Below, piece by piece: positions 48,367 through 60,262 of a DNA stretch of 64,000 nucleotides. The notes beneath the pieces are model-generated. The model was not told where the DNA came from, did not search any database, and saw nothing but the letters and a program-made list of their open reading frames with translations. Within the stretch, counting starts at the first letter, position 1. Each line of letters opens with the position of its first letter. Both the position numbers and the translations under genes were made by a program. The stretch is from positions 272,656 to 336,655 of the forward strand of contig CAJINV010000027.1 of NCBI GenBank assembly GCA_905178155.1, given 5' to 3'. This DNA is from Amoebophrya sp. A120 (Eukaryota > Protista > Dinoflagellata).

Positions 48367-49412
48367 AAGCGCGCCTCGTCGTCAATGCAGTGCGGTCGTA
48401 GTAAGCATTCGAGAACGATAGCCCTGCGCTCAGCAGTCGGGATTTTGTTGCCCAGCTTCACGATGCTGTCAGCAGTTGCAAAGCCTTGCTTCAGCAGCTC
48501 TGCGGCACGACGTAGCAGAGCACATTTGGGGTCTCGCTCTTGCAGGCGAATAATCCGAAGCGACCAATCTAGCCGCAGCTTCTCGTAAGCGTTGACAGTT
48601 CTCCGCTCGCTGCGCGGAACCTTCGGATCGCCAAAAAACGCAAAGAAGTCTGCTCCTGCTACCGGCATAACGTCACCAACTGCTCCAAACTCCCAGGCCT
48701 GTCCAGCTACAAACTTATCCGAGTAGCGAGCGACGTAGACATTACGCCAATCTGGGACGCGCACCCAGTCTGTACCTTCTTCAGGTTCTACCACTTGCGA
48801 CTGCGAAGGCATTGCTCTATTCGGAAAAAATTTCTTGAAAATTGTAGCGGGGTCGCGGTTCAACTGGTCCGGAGTCAGTTCTTCAGCTGGTTCTTCGATA
48901 GCTACAGGCTGCTGCTCATCCGCAGGCTCTTCCTCGCTCTCTTCCGCGCCTTCCTGCTGCTCTTCCGCCCCCTCTTCTTCGTCACTTGGCACGTACAAAC
49001 TATCGTCGTCGTCGTCTGAGCTCTCGTCTGCAAACTCGTCCGGAACAGAATCATCACCAGCCTCCAGACGAGCTTCTTCAACATTCCCCCCAGGCTGGTG
49101 TGATTCAGCCTCCATATTTCCGAAACGGAAAGACGAGTACGTGGGAGTTGGCGAAAAGTCCGGCGCTTTAGGGTCAAACAGCCAGGCCAAAATCTGACGA
49201 GCGGAGAACGGAAACGGAAGCTCTTCTTTTGTCACTGTCGACGTCTTCACAGACGGGTGGCGGGAGGCTGCGTCAGCTATGACATTGATGACGCCACTGA
49301 TGTACACGCGGCGGATAGCACTACTGTCCAGCTTGTACTTGACTGCCTCGAGCCATCGCAGCACTTTATCCTGAGCGCGCTGGTTGCCTACCAAGTCATC
49401 AAGTCGGCCCAA
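48207..49412 (-). pseudogene. RNase H C-terminus plus acidic linker of pol
   Basis: RWLE...YISGVINVIADAASR motif, followed by a long D/E-rich tract. Confidence 0.85.
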
Positions 49413-50925
49413 GTTTTCATGGTCGAACAGGAGGAAGCTCTGCTCTCGAGGCCTTCAACATACCGGAAGCCGTCCTCCACGAAGAGCTTCACGGCGGAAA
49501 GTTCTTGCTCCAACACTGACCAGGCCTGCTCTGTCTCATTGAAGGAGACACCTTTCACGACGCAGGGGCGTAATGGACCACCTGACCGCTCCGCCTGCGC
49601 GATCGTGTAGCTCCTACCAAAACGACTAGCGTCGCAGAGAATAACCACCGGCCGGCCAGTATTGCGCCAGTCGCGAGCAGCTTTAAAATCAATCGACCGA
49701 AGCGGGACGTCTACTGCAATGCTTTTCTTCAGAGCTTTGACTGCATGCTGCGCCTCGGTGTCGTGCTGGTACTGGGTGAAGCTCTTCCCGTGTTTCTTAG
49801 TATATGGCGCGAGAGGTCCGCGATGTCGCTGGTAGTCCGGTATGAACTCGCGGAGGTAGTTCACAAATGCCAAAAAACTAACCAAGTCGTCTTTGTTTTC
49901 CAGTTCGGGCCACTGCTGTAGCTGTTCCACCTTCCGCGGAGTAGGCTTGCGGCCGTGCTTACTGACTTGAAATCCAAGCACTTCGACCTCCCGCTTGCCG
50001 AAGACCGACTTCTTCAGTGATAGAGCAAACCCTGTTGCGCGGCAGCGTTCGAATGGTTTACGGGTTCGAGCGAGGAAACCCTCGAAGCTAGAGCCTTTGC
50101 GCACCAAATCGTCAATGAAAACGCCGTCGCAAACGTCCTCAAAGACTGAAGCCGTCTGTTTCTGAAAAAACGCTGGCGCAGGGGATGGCCCCAACGGTAG
50201 CCGCGTGGGGTAGTAGCACCCGTCAGGTCCGACAACGGCCAAAATCTGCTGCATTCGTGTGCTAGGCTTCACCTGGTTGTAACCCATTGCAAGATCACAG
50301 CACCCGAAAAACTCGCCCCCTTCCAGGTTACTGAAGATCTGCAAGGCGTCAGGCATCCGGAAGGCGACGGGCTGGAGGTTCTTGCTGACTGCCCGATAAT
50401 CGACAACGATCCGCTTTGTCAAATGACCACGGCGGTCCGCCAAAAACATGGGCGAAACGTGCAACGGAGTCGGCATGGTGTTGTCGACCTTCACCAGCTT
50501 GCCCTCACGAATCTGCTCCCGGACCAGAAAGTCCATCCGAATGCGATCCATGAACGACAGCGGGTAGGGCGAGAAACATTTCCACTGCGTCTTCTCCTTA
50601 ATTTCGAAATCAGCCTCGATGGGGTCCCCGGTCTTCGTTTTCAGACGCGGGAATGGGCAGCCGAGGTCGTGGAAGACGTCTGCAAACTCGCCAATCAGCT
50701 GCAAGAACTCCTCCCGCTGTTCGTCTGTATCGAACCCAAGACCGTCTTTCCGATACCTCTCTAGTACGACTTGCTTCCATTCTTCACCAGTCGGGTCGTA
50801 CTGCTTCACTAACTTCTTCTCTTTTTCTTCGATTTCTGCAAGTAATTCTTCGAGCTTATTACTACCGTCTTTCTTCTCTTCTTTCTTCTTGTATTTCGAA
50901 TTTCCATAATAACAGGGTTGTCGAG
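49388..50925 (-). pseudogene. Reverse transcriptase and RNase H N-terminus
   Basis: RIVVDYRAVSK, CDLAMGYNQ, RLPLG...PAFFQ, VFIDDL, VEVLGF, CDAS, EQELSA. Confidence 0.93.
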
Positions 50926-50929
50926 CTAG

Positions 50930-53900
50930 TCAAGCGACTGACTGCAGCAGGGACGCGTCGTTCGAGTCCTTGACCTCCTTTAAAAATGCCTCTGCATCCT
51001 GCTCATGCGGAATCGCTTTCAAAGCCTGTCTCAAGTCGCGGTCGCCTACCGATCCGACCCCGCCGTAAGAGCGAGCCAACACCTCGCGATCGTCTTGCAA
51101 GATGACGCCCGCTTTCTTGGCCTTCTTCTTGATTAGCTCGTGCTCGCGTCGCTGCTTCCGGGGAACAAAGGCGAGTTCAGGAATCATATACGCGAAGCTT
51201 CCAGACTCGGGTAGGGGCGACTGCTTCGGTTCCAAGAAATCCAAGTCAAAGCTCACTTGCTTGGGCTTCTTCTTCTGTGCGGCAGGAGGATCCGCAGGAG
51301 TATTGGTTTCCTTTAAGTCAATACGTTCTTCACTGGCTCCGTCGGGCGACGCTTTTGTCGCGGTCTTGTTAGCAGCCGGCAGCTTCTCCTCCTCCTCAAG
51401 CACGGCCTTTCCCGACGTATTGGGTTTAGGTAACTCAATATGTCGCGCCGCTTCTTCCTGGCCAGTCTCCGGGCCCTTCGTTTGCAGTGGCGGCAGCGTC
51501 GTCTTTTTCAGCTCTATCACGTCCTCCAACGCGATAGTGTGGAGACGTTTGTTGGGGTTGTGCAACGCAATCATCATGGTGTCCGGAAAGGAATTCACGT
51601 GAAGGACGGCCGGACCAGGGTAGAAGGTCAGCCCCTTGGTCTTCACCTGTTCCGAAACGTCAAGGACATACGCGCACTGCGGGTCGTGGACGAGCGGACG
51701 GACCACGTCCGCAACATCGACTTCGATCTCTTCGCCAGACGGCACCACCAGCATAGTGCCCATCTTGACGTCTTCGCCCATCTTGGACAGCATCCCGTCG
51801 ACTCCGAAGCTGTGTAAGTCCTTGGGCACGTTCCGGGCAACCAAGTAGTTAGGAGCGCGCTCGAACCCCAGCCCGAGCTGCATAAACATGGCGTAGCCGC
51901 AGGCCATGTCTTCAGATAGGTCAGGAACCACCAAAAACTTCACCGCCTGGGACCACGACTTTCCGCCGTTGTTCACCCCTTCGATGGCAGTCTGCAGCGT
52001 CAAGTACTTGGACTGGATCCGACGGGTGTGCTGCTTGCGCCCAAATGTGATAACGACGTCGGCAGTTTCTTCGTGCAGGGCCTTATCGCGGTGTCGATCA
52101 TACATCTCTTGCGAGATGACGCTCTGCTGCTGTCGGTTCACCAGGCAACCCGAGTCCTTCTGGCAACAGACGCGGGCGAAGGCCTGACCGTCATGCACCA
52201 GATTGACCATAACGTAAGGGCCATCCTCTCCGGTTTTCATCAGGTTCATCTCGGCAGCCGGCTCTTCCTTCGGCTCGTCAGCAGGATCCTCCTGGGCTGA
52301 CTTCGGCACCACGGCGTTGCTCCCCACACCGGAAACACTGAACTGATTGCATTCGGCGAACAGCTGGCCACTCTCCGTAACCCAGTAGCGCGCGATCATC
52401 GACTGCAAGTCGTCCTTCAGATTGACGCGCACAGCAGTCAATCCCTCCGGTAGCTTGTACCTGAACTGCTCGGCGGCGAAGATCTGGGTGAGGAACTCGG
52501 AGTCGTGCAAACGCAAGTTGGAAGCTTTGGCCGAGACGAGCTTCGCCTTTCGCGGGGCATCGGTTCCAGTAACAATCACGACCTCCTTCTGGGCCGGAGC
52601 GCTCACCTGCGTGAGGCGGCCGCCACCCTTCCCGTCTTCGCGAATCGCCCACGATGTCGGTGCTCCTTTGCCAGGAGTGATCGTGATCCGCGGGAGAGGA
52701 GCATCTTCTTGTCCCTCCCTTGCCACGGCTCCGCCCGGTGCTGCCACGGGGTTCGCGTCCTCAGCGTTAGCGCCCGCCGCGTTGTCCATATTGCCGAGAG
52801 CACCAGCATCGAAGCCGCGAAGGCCGCCAAACGTAGCCGGCAGCTTGACGAAGGGCACCCGGGAGCACCGATCTAAGGCATCCGCCAGCGGAATATGCTC
52901 GCCCCGAGTCTTCAAGTGCGCCACCTCCTCTTTATGCTTCGAAAATTCTGCGGAATTTATGAAGCGAGTCATTTTGGTGCTACACCCGCAAAGACCCTTC
53001 TTCGTCCAGACACTGCACTTGCCGGCGTCCCGGCGTCGCCGGAATGCGCTGTTCGGTGCACTCGCCCAAAAGGTCGGGCAGCATTCTGCTGCGTCGGGGA
53101 TGCCAGGGCGTGGCGACTCGGGAACCAAGTGAAACACGTCCTTCTTCTCGGCTTCGCTGCAAGTCGGGCAGCGTTTGTTCGCGAGCTGTTCACCGTGAAG
53201 GAGCACTTGCGTCTGTTTCTGCTCGGCCATGTAGTGCTCCTGTGCTCCATGAGCTACCGCTTCGCATTCGTCCTGGTTACTTCCGAAGGCTTGTCGGCGA
53301 CCACCATCTGGGCGGATGGGGTACGGCTGCCCCACATTTCCGTAGGAGTTCTGCTGGTGGGCTGCTTCCAAATCTGGGTCGATTTCTTCCTCTCGCTGTC
53401 CGCCATAGCGGCCGGTCTTCTCAATTTTCGACCTGAGTATCTCCTTCCCCTGCTTCTTGTTCGCCGCCGACCGAATCGGCTCGAGTACCCTCTGCAGGCT
53501 CAGACGGGCCTCAGGAATGTCGTCGATCTTCGTCTCGACACGGCTGACGACCCACGGCGGCAGCCCGGAGTTGTACAGGACGTGGTTGTTCAGGTCTGAC
53601 ATTTCTTGGTTGGTGTCGGCCTCCGTCCCGAGCGACCAGTAAAAGTTTTTGAACTTCTTGCGCGCGCGCATTAGTTCTTCAAATTCGGCAGTAAAGTTGG
53701 AAACAAACGCGGCAAGCTGAGATGGCTGCCCTCCCTCGCATCTGACCGCTTCGAGGGACTTGCGCTGGAGGTCCAGTTCCTTCAATGGTTCCAGTCCCAC
53801 CACCGCCTTCATGTCGTCGACCCAGTCGCGGGCTGCTGCAGCGTGCAAGTCGTCAGTGACGGTCGCCTTGTGGTCACTGATCATGCCGCTAAGCGAGTCG

Positions 53901-54955
53901 CGGACCCGCTTCCAAGCCGTCAGAGCAGTTCCGGTGGTCAGCGTCTCGAGCTGCGCCCACGCAGTTCCTGGCCGACGCTGTTTTACCCAAGACTTATAGG
54001 ACTTCAGCTCGGTGAAGAGCTTCTCCGGGTCCTTCGCCGAAATCTCGATCGTAGCAGCAGCAGGCTTTGCGAAACCGGCGTCCTGCTCTGTTCCCCCAGC
54101 GTCGGGACGACTTAACAGCTTGAGCAGCAGCTCTTCCCCCTTCGTTTCGCGATCAAGCGCGCTGTTGTGGATGACAAAGGTCGCGCGGAACTGACCCTTC
54201 TCGGTCACTTTCAGGGTCACGGGGGTACTGCTCCCGAGGCTCGCCTTCATTTTCTTCGCCAGCTTCTGCTTGAAGATTTCTGCTTCTAGGTGCTTCTTCA
54301 TGTACATTTTCTCGGCGACTACTTCGCCAGCAGTGCCCTCGTCTGTGCATTTCAGGTCCATGAAAACCATGCACGGAATTTTCAACAACTTCTCTTTCAC
54401 CTCTTTCAGTTTCTGACCGTCCTGCTCGTCCTCGCTTAGGTCGTCGAGCACAGCAAGATAAGAGTCGAAGTTGTTACGGAGCTGACCAGTCTCGAGACGA
54501 GTCTCGAGGACGACTTCGGGCAAAACTTCTTCTTCAACATCTTCAGCGTGGCCGTCGAGGTCCTCGCTGCCCCAGTCGCCTTGGGCCTCCTGCTGCTGTT
54601 CCCCGCTGTGGAGGTTCTGGCGGACGGTTCTTGCGCGGGGACGACGTGCCCCCTTCTGTTCGCCGTTCGGGTCATGAAGGACCGCGGTCCCTTCCACGAT
54701 CTGGGACCAATACTTCCTGTCCAGGTCCGACTTGCTTACCGAATTTCGCAAACTGATTTGCAAAAATTGACCGAGTTGCTCCGCGTAAGCGTGGCGGGGC
54801 ACACTAATGAAGCGCGCTCCGTCGGCGTACTCCGCAGTAAAGTAGAAGCAGCTTCCTCTATACCCTACGCAGATGAATGAGCGGCCGTCTTGATGCTCAT
54901 AGCCTTCTCCGGGTTTTAGCGTCGGCCCGGCGGCGAAGACGTTCGTCGTTGCCAT
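50930..54955 (-). CDS. Gag-protease polyprotein (~1340 aa from MATTN)
   Basis: Long ORF after the PBS; Cys/His clusters; aspartic protease motif QKDSGC. Confidence 0.85.
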   Translation of the reverse strand: MATTNVFAAGPTLKPGEGYEHQDGRSFICVGYRGSCFYFTAEYADGARFISVPRHAYAEQLGQFLQISLRNSVSKSDLDRKYWSQIVEGTAVLHDPNGEQKGARRPRARTVRQNLHSGEQQQEAQGDWGSEDLDGHAEDVEEEVLPEVVLETRLETGQLRNNFDSYLAVLDDLSEDEQDGQKLKEVKEKLLKIPCMVFMDLKCTDEGTAGEVVAEKMYMKKHLEAEIFKQKLAKKMKASLGSSTPVTLKVTEKGQFRATFVIHNSALDRETKGEELLLKLLSRPDAGGTEQDAGFAKPAAATIEISAKDPEKLFTELKSYKSWVKQRRPGTAWAQLETLTTGTALTAWKRVRDSLSGMISDHKATVTDDLHAAAARDWVDDMKAVVGLEPLKELDLQRKSLEAVRCEGGQPSQLAAFVSNFTAEFEELMRARKKFKNFYWSLGTEADTNQEMSDLNNHVLYNSGLPPWVVSRVETKIDDIPEARLSLQRVLEPIRSAANKKQGKEILRSKIEKTGRYGGQREEEIDPDLEAAHQQNSYGNVGQPYPIRPDGGRRQAFGSNQDECEAVAHGAQEHYMAEQKQTQVLLHGEQLANKRCPTCSEAEKKDVFHLVPESPRPGIPDAAECCPTFWASAPNSAFRRRRDAGKCSVWTKKGLCGCSTKMTRFINSAEFSKHKEEVAHLKTRGEHIPLADALDRCSRVPFVKLPATFGGLRGFDAGALGNMDNAAGANAEDANPVAAPGGAVAREGQEDAPLPRITITPGKGAPTSWAIREDGKGGGRLTQVSAPAQKEVVIVTGTDAPRKAKLVSAKASNLRLHDSEFLTQIFAAEQFRYKLPEGLTAVRVNLKDDLQSMIARYWVTESGQLFAECNQFSVSGVGSNAVVPKSAQEDPADEPKEEPAAEMNLMKTGEDGPYVMVNLVHDGQAFARVCCQKDSGCLVNRQQQSVISQEMYDRHRDKALHEETADVVITFGRKQHTRRIQSKYLTLQTAIEGVNNGGKSWSQAVKFLVVPDLSEDMACGYAMFMQLGLGFERAPNYLVARNVPKDLHSFGVDGMLSKMGEDVKMGTMLVVPSGEEIEVDVADVVRPLVHDPQCAYVLDVSEQVKTKGLTFYPGPAVLHVNSFPDTMMIALHNPNKRLHTIALEDVIELKKTTLPPLQTKGPETGQEEAARHIELPKPNTSGKAVLEEEEKLPAANKTATKASPDGASEERIDLKETNTPADPPAAQKKKPKQVSFDLDFLEPKQSPLPESGSFAYMIPELAFVPRKQRREHELIKKKAKKAGVILQDDREVLARSYGGVGSVGDRDLRQALKAIPHEQDAEAFLKEVKDSNDASLLQSVA

Positions 54956-55092
54956 CTTGACGCGGTGGGTTCGTGGTTGTGGAAGTTTTTTCGGGTTGGT
55001 GGGGCTGTAGTAGTCTTCGGGGTCGATAGTTGTAGTGGCGCTGTGGGAGTCTTCGGGGTCGATGGTTGTCGTGCCCAGGTTGTCGTAGATCA

Positions 55093-55104
55093 GCTGATGC
55101 ACCA
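55093..55104 (-). other. Primer-binding site (TGGTGCATCAGC), probably tRNA-Gly
   Basis: Begins TGG 3 nt after the 5' LTR; complementary to a tRNA 3' end ...ATGCACCA, typical of tRNA-Gly. Confidence 0.7.
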
Positions 55105-55107
55105 CTT

Positions 55108-56151
55108 TGAGTAATTCGTCGCTCCTGACAGCAATTTATCACGACTTCGAGCACCGACGGCAGAGGTTTTTCCGTAGACTTCCGCTGCAACAATTGCAAC
55201 GTCGTCTTCGAATGCGGTCGACCTTACAGCTCTTCTATTTCGCTCTTCTAACTTCTCCCTTCTAGGTATTGAAATAACTCGCTCCAGTAGTCTTCTACAC
55301 TTTCTAGCTGTCAGCGGGTTTTCTCGAGAGTCAGCAGATCCTCGACAGCACTTCAACTTCAACAGCACAGAGAAAGCAGCTTTGACACTTATCTTCGACT
55401 TCAGTAGGGACAGCAACAGCAACAGCGACTTCGACAGCAAAAAGGACGACTTCGACTACAGCAGGATCATGAAACTCCTGACGTATTGGGTTAAGGTAAT
55501 CCAATATGTCGCGGGTCTTCGTTCTCGAACAAAATACAAATTCTACCGTCTTAGATTAGCCCGGAAACAAGTGGTCGGCGGGAGTTGCAGCTTCCAACCA
55601 AGCGCAAGTACGGAGGTTCACGGGGTGCGAGTGTATCTTGTTTGTCAGTCAAGCGGAATCTTAAAAGGGCCCAAGATTGTGCCAAAATCCTGTGAGTATG
55701 AAACCAAGATAACCCGTAACGCATAGAAGGCCGTTTTCGTATTGCATTTTTCGAGGTTTTCGCTTTCGATATCGCAAACGTGGCATCTTGATCATGGGCC
55801 TTGCATTTACATCCGCATTCGATTGCTCTAGCGGAGGAGGTGCCGAAATTGTTCAACGTATTGGTTTAAGGTAACCCAATACGTTAGCAAATGGATCAAG
55901 TAGCACAGAAGTGATTCAAATTATTTCGATGAAATTGAACGAAAGCATTGAAATCCGCGGACCATTTAGATCAAAAGGGTACGAAATTTGTATTGAAATC
56001 AACTACATCAATACTACATGAGCCTTCAGAGTGTTGAACTTTTTCGGGTCTCGATAAATCGAATAGATCAATGAACTTTGTGGAGCTCTTTTGCCAACCT
56101 ATTGACTTCCCGATCTGCATCATTTCTACGCTCAGGATCTCAATTTACTCA
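55108..56151 (-). repeat. 5' LTR (1044 bp)
   Basis: Differs from the 3' LTR by scattered substitutions and an 18-bp indel. Confidence 0.95.
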
Positions 56152-56155
56152 AAAG

Positions 56156-57600
56156 AAGCCGCAAATGTTGCTTTTGCGTATCATTTATCGCTGTATAGTG
56201 ATTCTGGCTGGAAATACGCTAATTAACAAGCACCGCATAGCGCTTCGGGCTGCGGGGTGGACAGGCGCTGTCGTTTTCTTTTTTGTAGCGAATTGGTTGA
56301 AAATCTTTTCTCTGCGTGGATTCAAAAACTGAGCAATGAAGTACTCGAAAGGAATTGGCAACATTTGACAAAACTCCACGACATTCGCGAAGCGGTGAAA
56401 ATAATTTTCAACATGTAATTGCATTCCAGAAGATCTGCAAACATGTTCGAGAAAGTTTTGCATTCGATATCAAAATGTCAGCAATCGTAATTTCTAGTAG
56501 TGTCTAAAAAAATAAATGCATCGCCATAGCCGCAAACGATGCATTTGCGAATTTGCGCACATTATTTTTTATTTTTGCTGGAGCTTCACTGCATAATTTG
56601 GCGGAGCAAGGCGCTGGCGTTTTCTTCTTCGCACCGCAATCAACGTTGCAAAAAAAGGCGCCGGCGTTTTGTTACCTATTTTTCCAAAATAATGCGCAAG
56701 AAACTGCGGCGGCGTTTTGCTTTCCATCGATCCTTCGCGAAACGCTGGAAATATCTTTTAACATATGGGCGCGCAAAAACATTCGCGGAGGTTCTTTATT
56801 TGATATCACAAGGACACGAAAGTGCATGTATAATAGTGCTGAACTATTTAAACGTATCTTCTAACACGCAAACACTGCATTTGCGGAGCATTGATCACAT
56901 TTGCAAAATGTTGACTGGAGCTAAACTACAGAACTGCGTAGCAAAGAGCGTGGGGCAGACGCTAGCTATTTTTGTTGTGTCGTACTTTTATCATTCTCTT
57001 TCAAATCCATTCCAAAACTGAACAGTCAAATAAATATTCGAAAGGCGTCGGCAACAGAACTTGACGACATTCCTGAAGCTGTGGAAATGTTTGCCAACAT
57101 TTGATTGCAAAAGCATTCGAATACGTTCTTCATTTGAGATCACAAAGAAACTAAATGCGTTTTACACAAGTGATGCAGACTGTGATAATACTGAAGACAC
57201 CGCAAATGCTGCGTTTGCGAATCATATATGCCTTTTGAGAAATTTTGGCCGGGGATCCGATAAAGAACAAACAAGGCGTAGCGCTTCGGGCTGTGCTGTG
57301 GTGTTGGCGCTGATTTGACCATCAAAGTTGAAAACTATTTGAAATTATTTATTCCGGTAAACATTTTGAAATTCCGCGGATACACCACAAGAATATTCAA
57401 AATGTTTACCGGAATACATAATTTCAAATAGTTTTCAACTATAAAATTCAAATCAGCGCCATCATGTGAACAGGCGCTGGCGTTTTTTTTTTCGCACCGC
57501 AATCAACGTTGCAAAAAAAGGCGCCGGCGTCTTTTTAGCTATTTTTCCAAAATAATGTGCAAGAAACTGCGGCGGCGTTTTGCTTTCCATCGATTGCGAA
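56156..57600. repeat. AT-rich dispersed repeat, second copy at ~61977-63060
   Basis: 56730-57485 matches 61977-62730; 56250-56600 matches 62711-63060; 56609-56730 matches 57471-57595. Confidence 0.88.
57301..57465. mobile_element. 165-bp foldback MITE, TSD gtg
   Basis: ~70-bp inverted arms; empty site at 56235-56270. Confidence 0.8.
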
Positions 57601-58196
57601 ATCGGCAGCGACGGTTCGCAATGCCTCGCATGCTTTGAGTCGCTCGGTGGCGTCTTTTTTTTCCAACCGGTTGCGCGGCAACTGCCGCCCCAGGCGGCGG
57701 AAATGTCGGCAGCAAGCAGTTGGCTACTTGGGTTGCAAAACTGAACAGGCTGACCGCCATACCATCAACAACTGGAGCCGGTGACTTTTTTCACCGGCAG
57801 CGTACTACGGGCAGCCTGGCGCAGAATGTTACAAACCGACCCAGCCGAGCAGCTTCCTACGAGCAGGACCGCCTCCGTCATGGCGTGCGAGGTAGAAAGC
57901 GCGAACGCGGAGAGCCGCCACGCCGCACGGCACTACGCGCAGCCTGTTGCAGAACGTGGCAAACCGAACCAGCCGGGCAGCATCCAACCGGGCCGCCTCT
58001 CTCATAGCATCTGGGCGGGGAAGTGCGAAACCGGGCAGCCTTCTATCCGCGCGGTACTATGCGCGGCCTGGTGCAGAACGTTGCAAACCGAGCGGGCCGG
58101 GGAGCTTCCGACCGAACAGCCGGGAGGCGCGGACCCGGACCGCCTCCGATCCGCGCGCTGACCCTAAAAAAAAAAGCCCAAAACTGGCCACCTTGG

Positions 58197-59566
58197 GCGT
58201 CGATTAGCTCTCCACGGTGGGAATCTGGCCGCCCGTGGTCCTTTTTGCTGCCGGTCTTGGTTTGGGGTTTTAGAATCCCCAAACCCGTGGAACTTGGCGC
58301 CGGAGTTTTCTCGTTGAAACTGTAATCGACGCGGCCCGCGTCGATTAGCTCTCCACGGTGGGAATCTGGCCCCCCGCGGTCCTTTTTGCTGCCGGTCTTG
58401 GTTTGGGGTTTTAGAATCCCCAAGGCCGTGGAACTTGGCGGCGGAGCTTTCTGGTCGAAACTGTAATCGACGCGGCCCGCGTCGATTAGCTCTCCACGGT
58501 GGGAATCTTGCCCCCCGAGGTCCTTTTTGCTGCCGGTCTTGGTTTGGGGTTTTAGAATCCCCAAGGCCGTGGAACTTGGCGGCGGAGCTTTCTGGTTGAA
58601 ACTGTAATCGACGCGGCCCGCGTCGATTAGCTCTTCACGGTAAGAATCTGGCCCCCCGTGGTCCTTTTTGCTGCCGGTCTAGGTTTGGGAGTTTAGAACC
58701 CCCAAGGCCGTGGAACTTGGCGGCGGAGCTTTCTAGTTGAAACTGTAAGCGACGCGGCCCGCGTCGATTAGCTCTCCACGGTGGCAATCTGGCCCCCCGT
58801 GGTCCTTTTTGCTGCCGGTCTTGGTTTGGGATTTTAGAATCCCCAAGGCCGTGGAACTTGGCGGCGGAGCTTTCTAGTTGAAACGGTAATCGACGCGGCC
58901 CGCGTCGATTAGCTCTTCACGGTTGGAATCTGGCCCCCCGTGGTCCTTTTTGCTGCCGGTCTTGGTTTGGGATTTTAGAATCCCCCGGGCCGTGGAACTT
59001 GGCGGCGGAGTTTTCTAGTTGAAACTGTAAGTGACGCGGCCCGCATCGCTTAGCTCTCCACGGTGAAAATCTGGCCCCCCGTGGTCCTTTTTGCTGCCGG
59101 TCTTGGTTTGGGCTTTTAGAATCCCCAAGGCCGTGGAACTTGGCGGCGGGGCTTTCTAGTTGACACTGTAATCGACGCGGCCCGCGTCGATTAGCTCTCC
59201 ACGGTGGGAATCTGGCCCCCCGTGGTCCTTTTTGCTGCCGGTCTTGGTTTGGGATTTTAGAATCCCCAAGGCCGTGGAACTTGGCGGCGGAGTTTTCTTG
59301 TTGAAACTGTAAGGGACGCGGCCCGCGTCGCTTAGCTCTCCACGGTGGGAATCTGGCCCCCCGTGGTCCTTTTTGCTGCCGGTCTTGGTTTGGGGTTTTA
59401 GAATCCCCAAGGCCGTGGAACTTGGCGACGGAGTTTTCTTGTTGAAACTGTAAGGGACGCGGCCCGCGTCGCTTAGCTCTCCACGGTGGGAATCTGGCCC
59501 CCCGTGGTCCTTTTTGCTGCCGCTCTTGGTTTGGGATTTTAGAATCCCCAAGGCCGTGGAACTTGG
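58197..59566. repeat. 141-bp satellite (~9.7 units)
   Basis: gcgtcgattagctct recurs at 58197, 58338, 58479, 58620, 58761, 58902 and onward. Confidence 0.96.
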
Positions 59567-60080
59567 AGCAACTTTTTTCGGGTCTGGTCTCCTTTCCGGG
59601 GCCATACCAGGGGGGAAAGGGGCAGCAGATGAAAATCTTTGCTCCGGGTCGCGCGAACTCCGCGCCACCCGGGACAACTTTTTTCGGATCTGGTCTGCTT
59701 TCCGGCGCCATACCATGGGGAAAAGGGACAGCAGATGAAAATCTTTGTTCCGGGTGGCGCGAACTCCGCGCCACCCGGAGCAACTTTTTTCGGATCTGGT
59801 CTGCTTTCCGGCGCCATACCATAAGGGAAAGGGGCAGCAGATGAAAATCTTTGTTCCGGGTGGCGCGAACTCCGCGCCACCCGGAACAACTTTTTTCGGA
59901 TCTGGTCTGCTTTCCGGCGCCATACCATGGGGCAAAGCGTCAGCAGATGAAAATCTTTGTTCCGGGTGGCGCGAACTCCGCGCCACCCGGAGCAACTTCT
60001 TCTGGATCTGGCCTGCTTTCCGGTCCCATACCATGGCGGAAAGGGACAGCAGGCGAAAATCTTTGTTCCGGGTGGCGCGA
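59566..60080. repeat. 106-bp satellite (~4.8 units)
   Basis: gatgaaaatctttgttccgggtggcgcgaactccgcgccacccgg recurs every 106 bp. Confidence 0.95.
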
Positions 60081-60262
60081 GGTTCGCTGTGGCCACAGCG
60101 TGGGAGTTTGCTCTCAGTGTCCCAGGATTTTCACACCCCGAAGGGTTGCCCCGGTCGCCCCTTGCCTTGGCGCCTGCTTCTCCTTGTTTCCTTGCCTTCG
60201 TTGGTTGGGTCAGCTGGCGGGCAGCTGGAGGCCGACAAACACGGCCGGGGGGTGTGGTTTTG

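Larger units (their letters stand above)
45892..56151 (-). mobile_element. Full-length, decayed Ty3/Gypsy LTR retrotransposon (10,260 bp)
   Basis: Two ~1.05-kb LTRs with TGAGTAA...TTACTCA ends, 4-bp TSD aaag, PBS, PPT and gag-PR-RT-RH-IN order. Confidence 0.96.
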
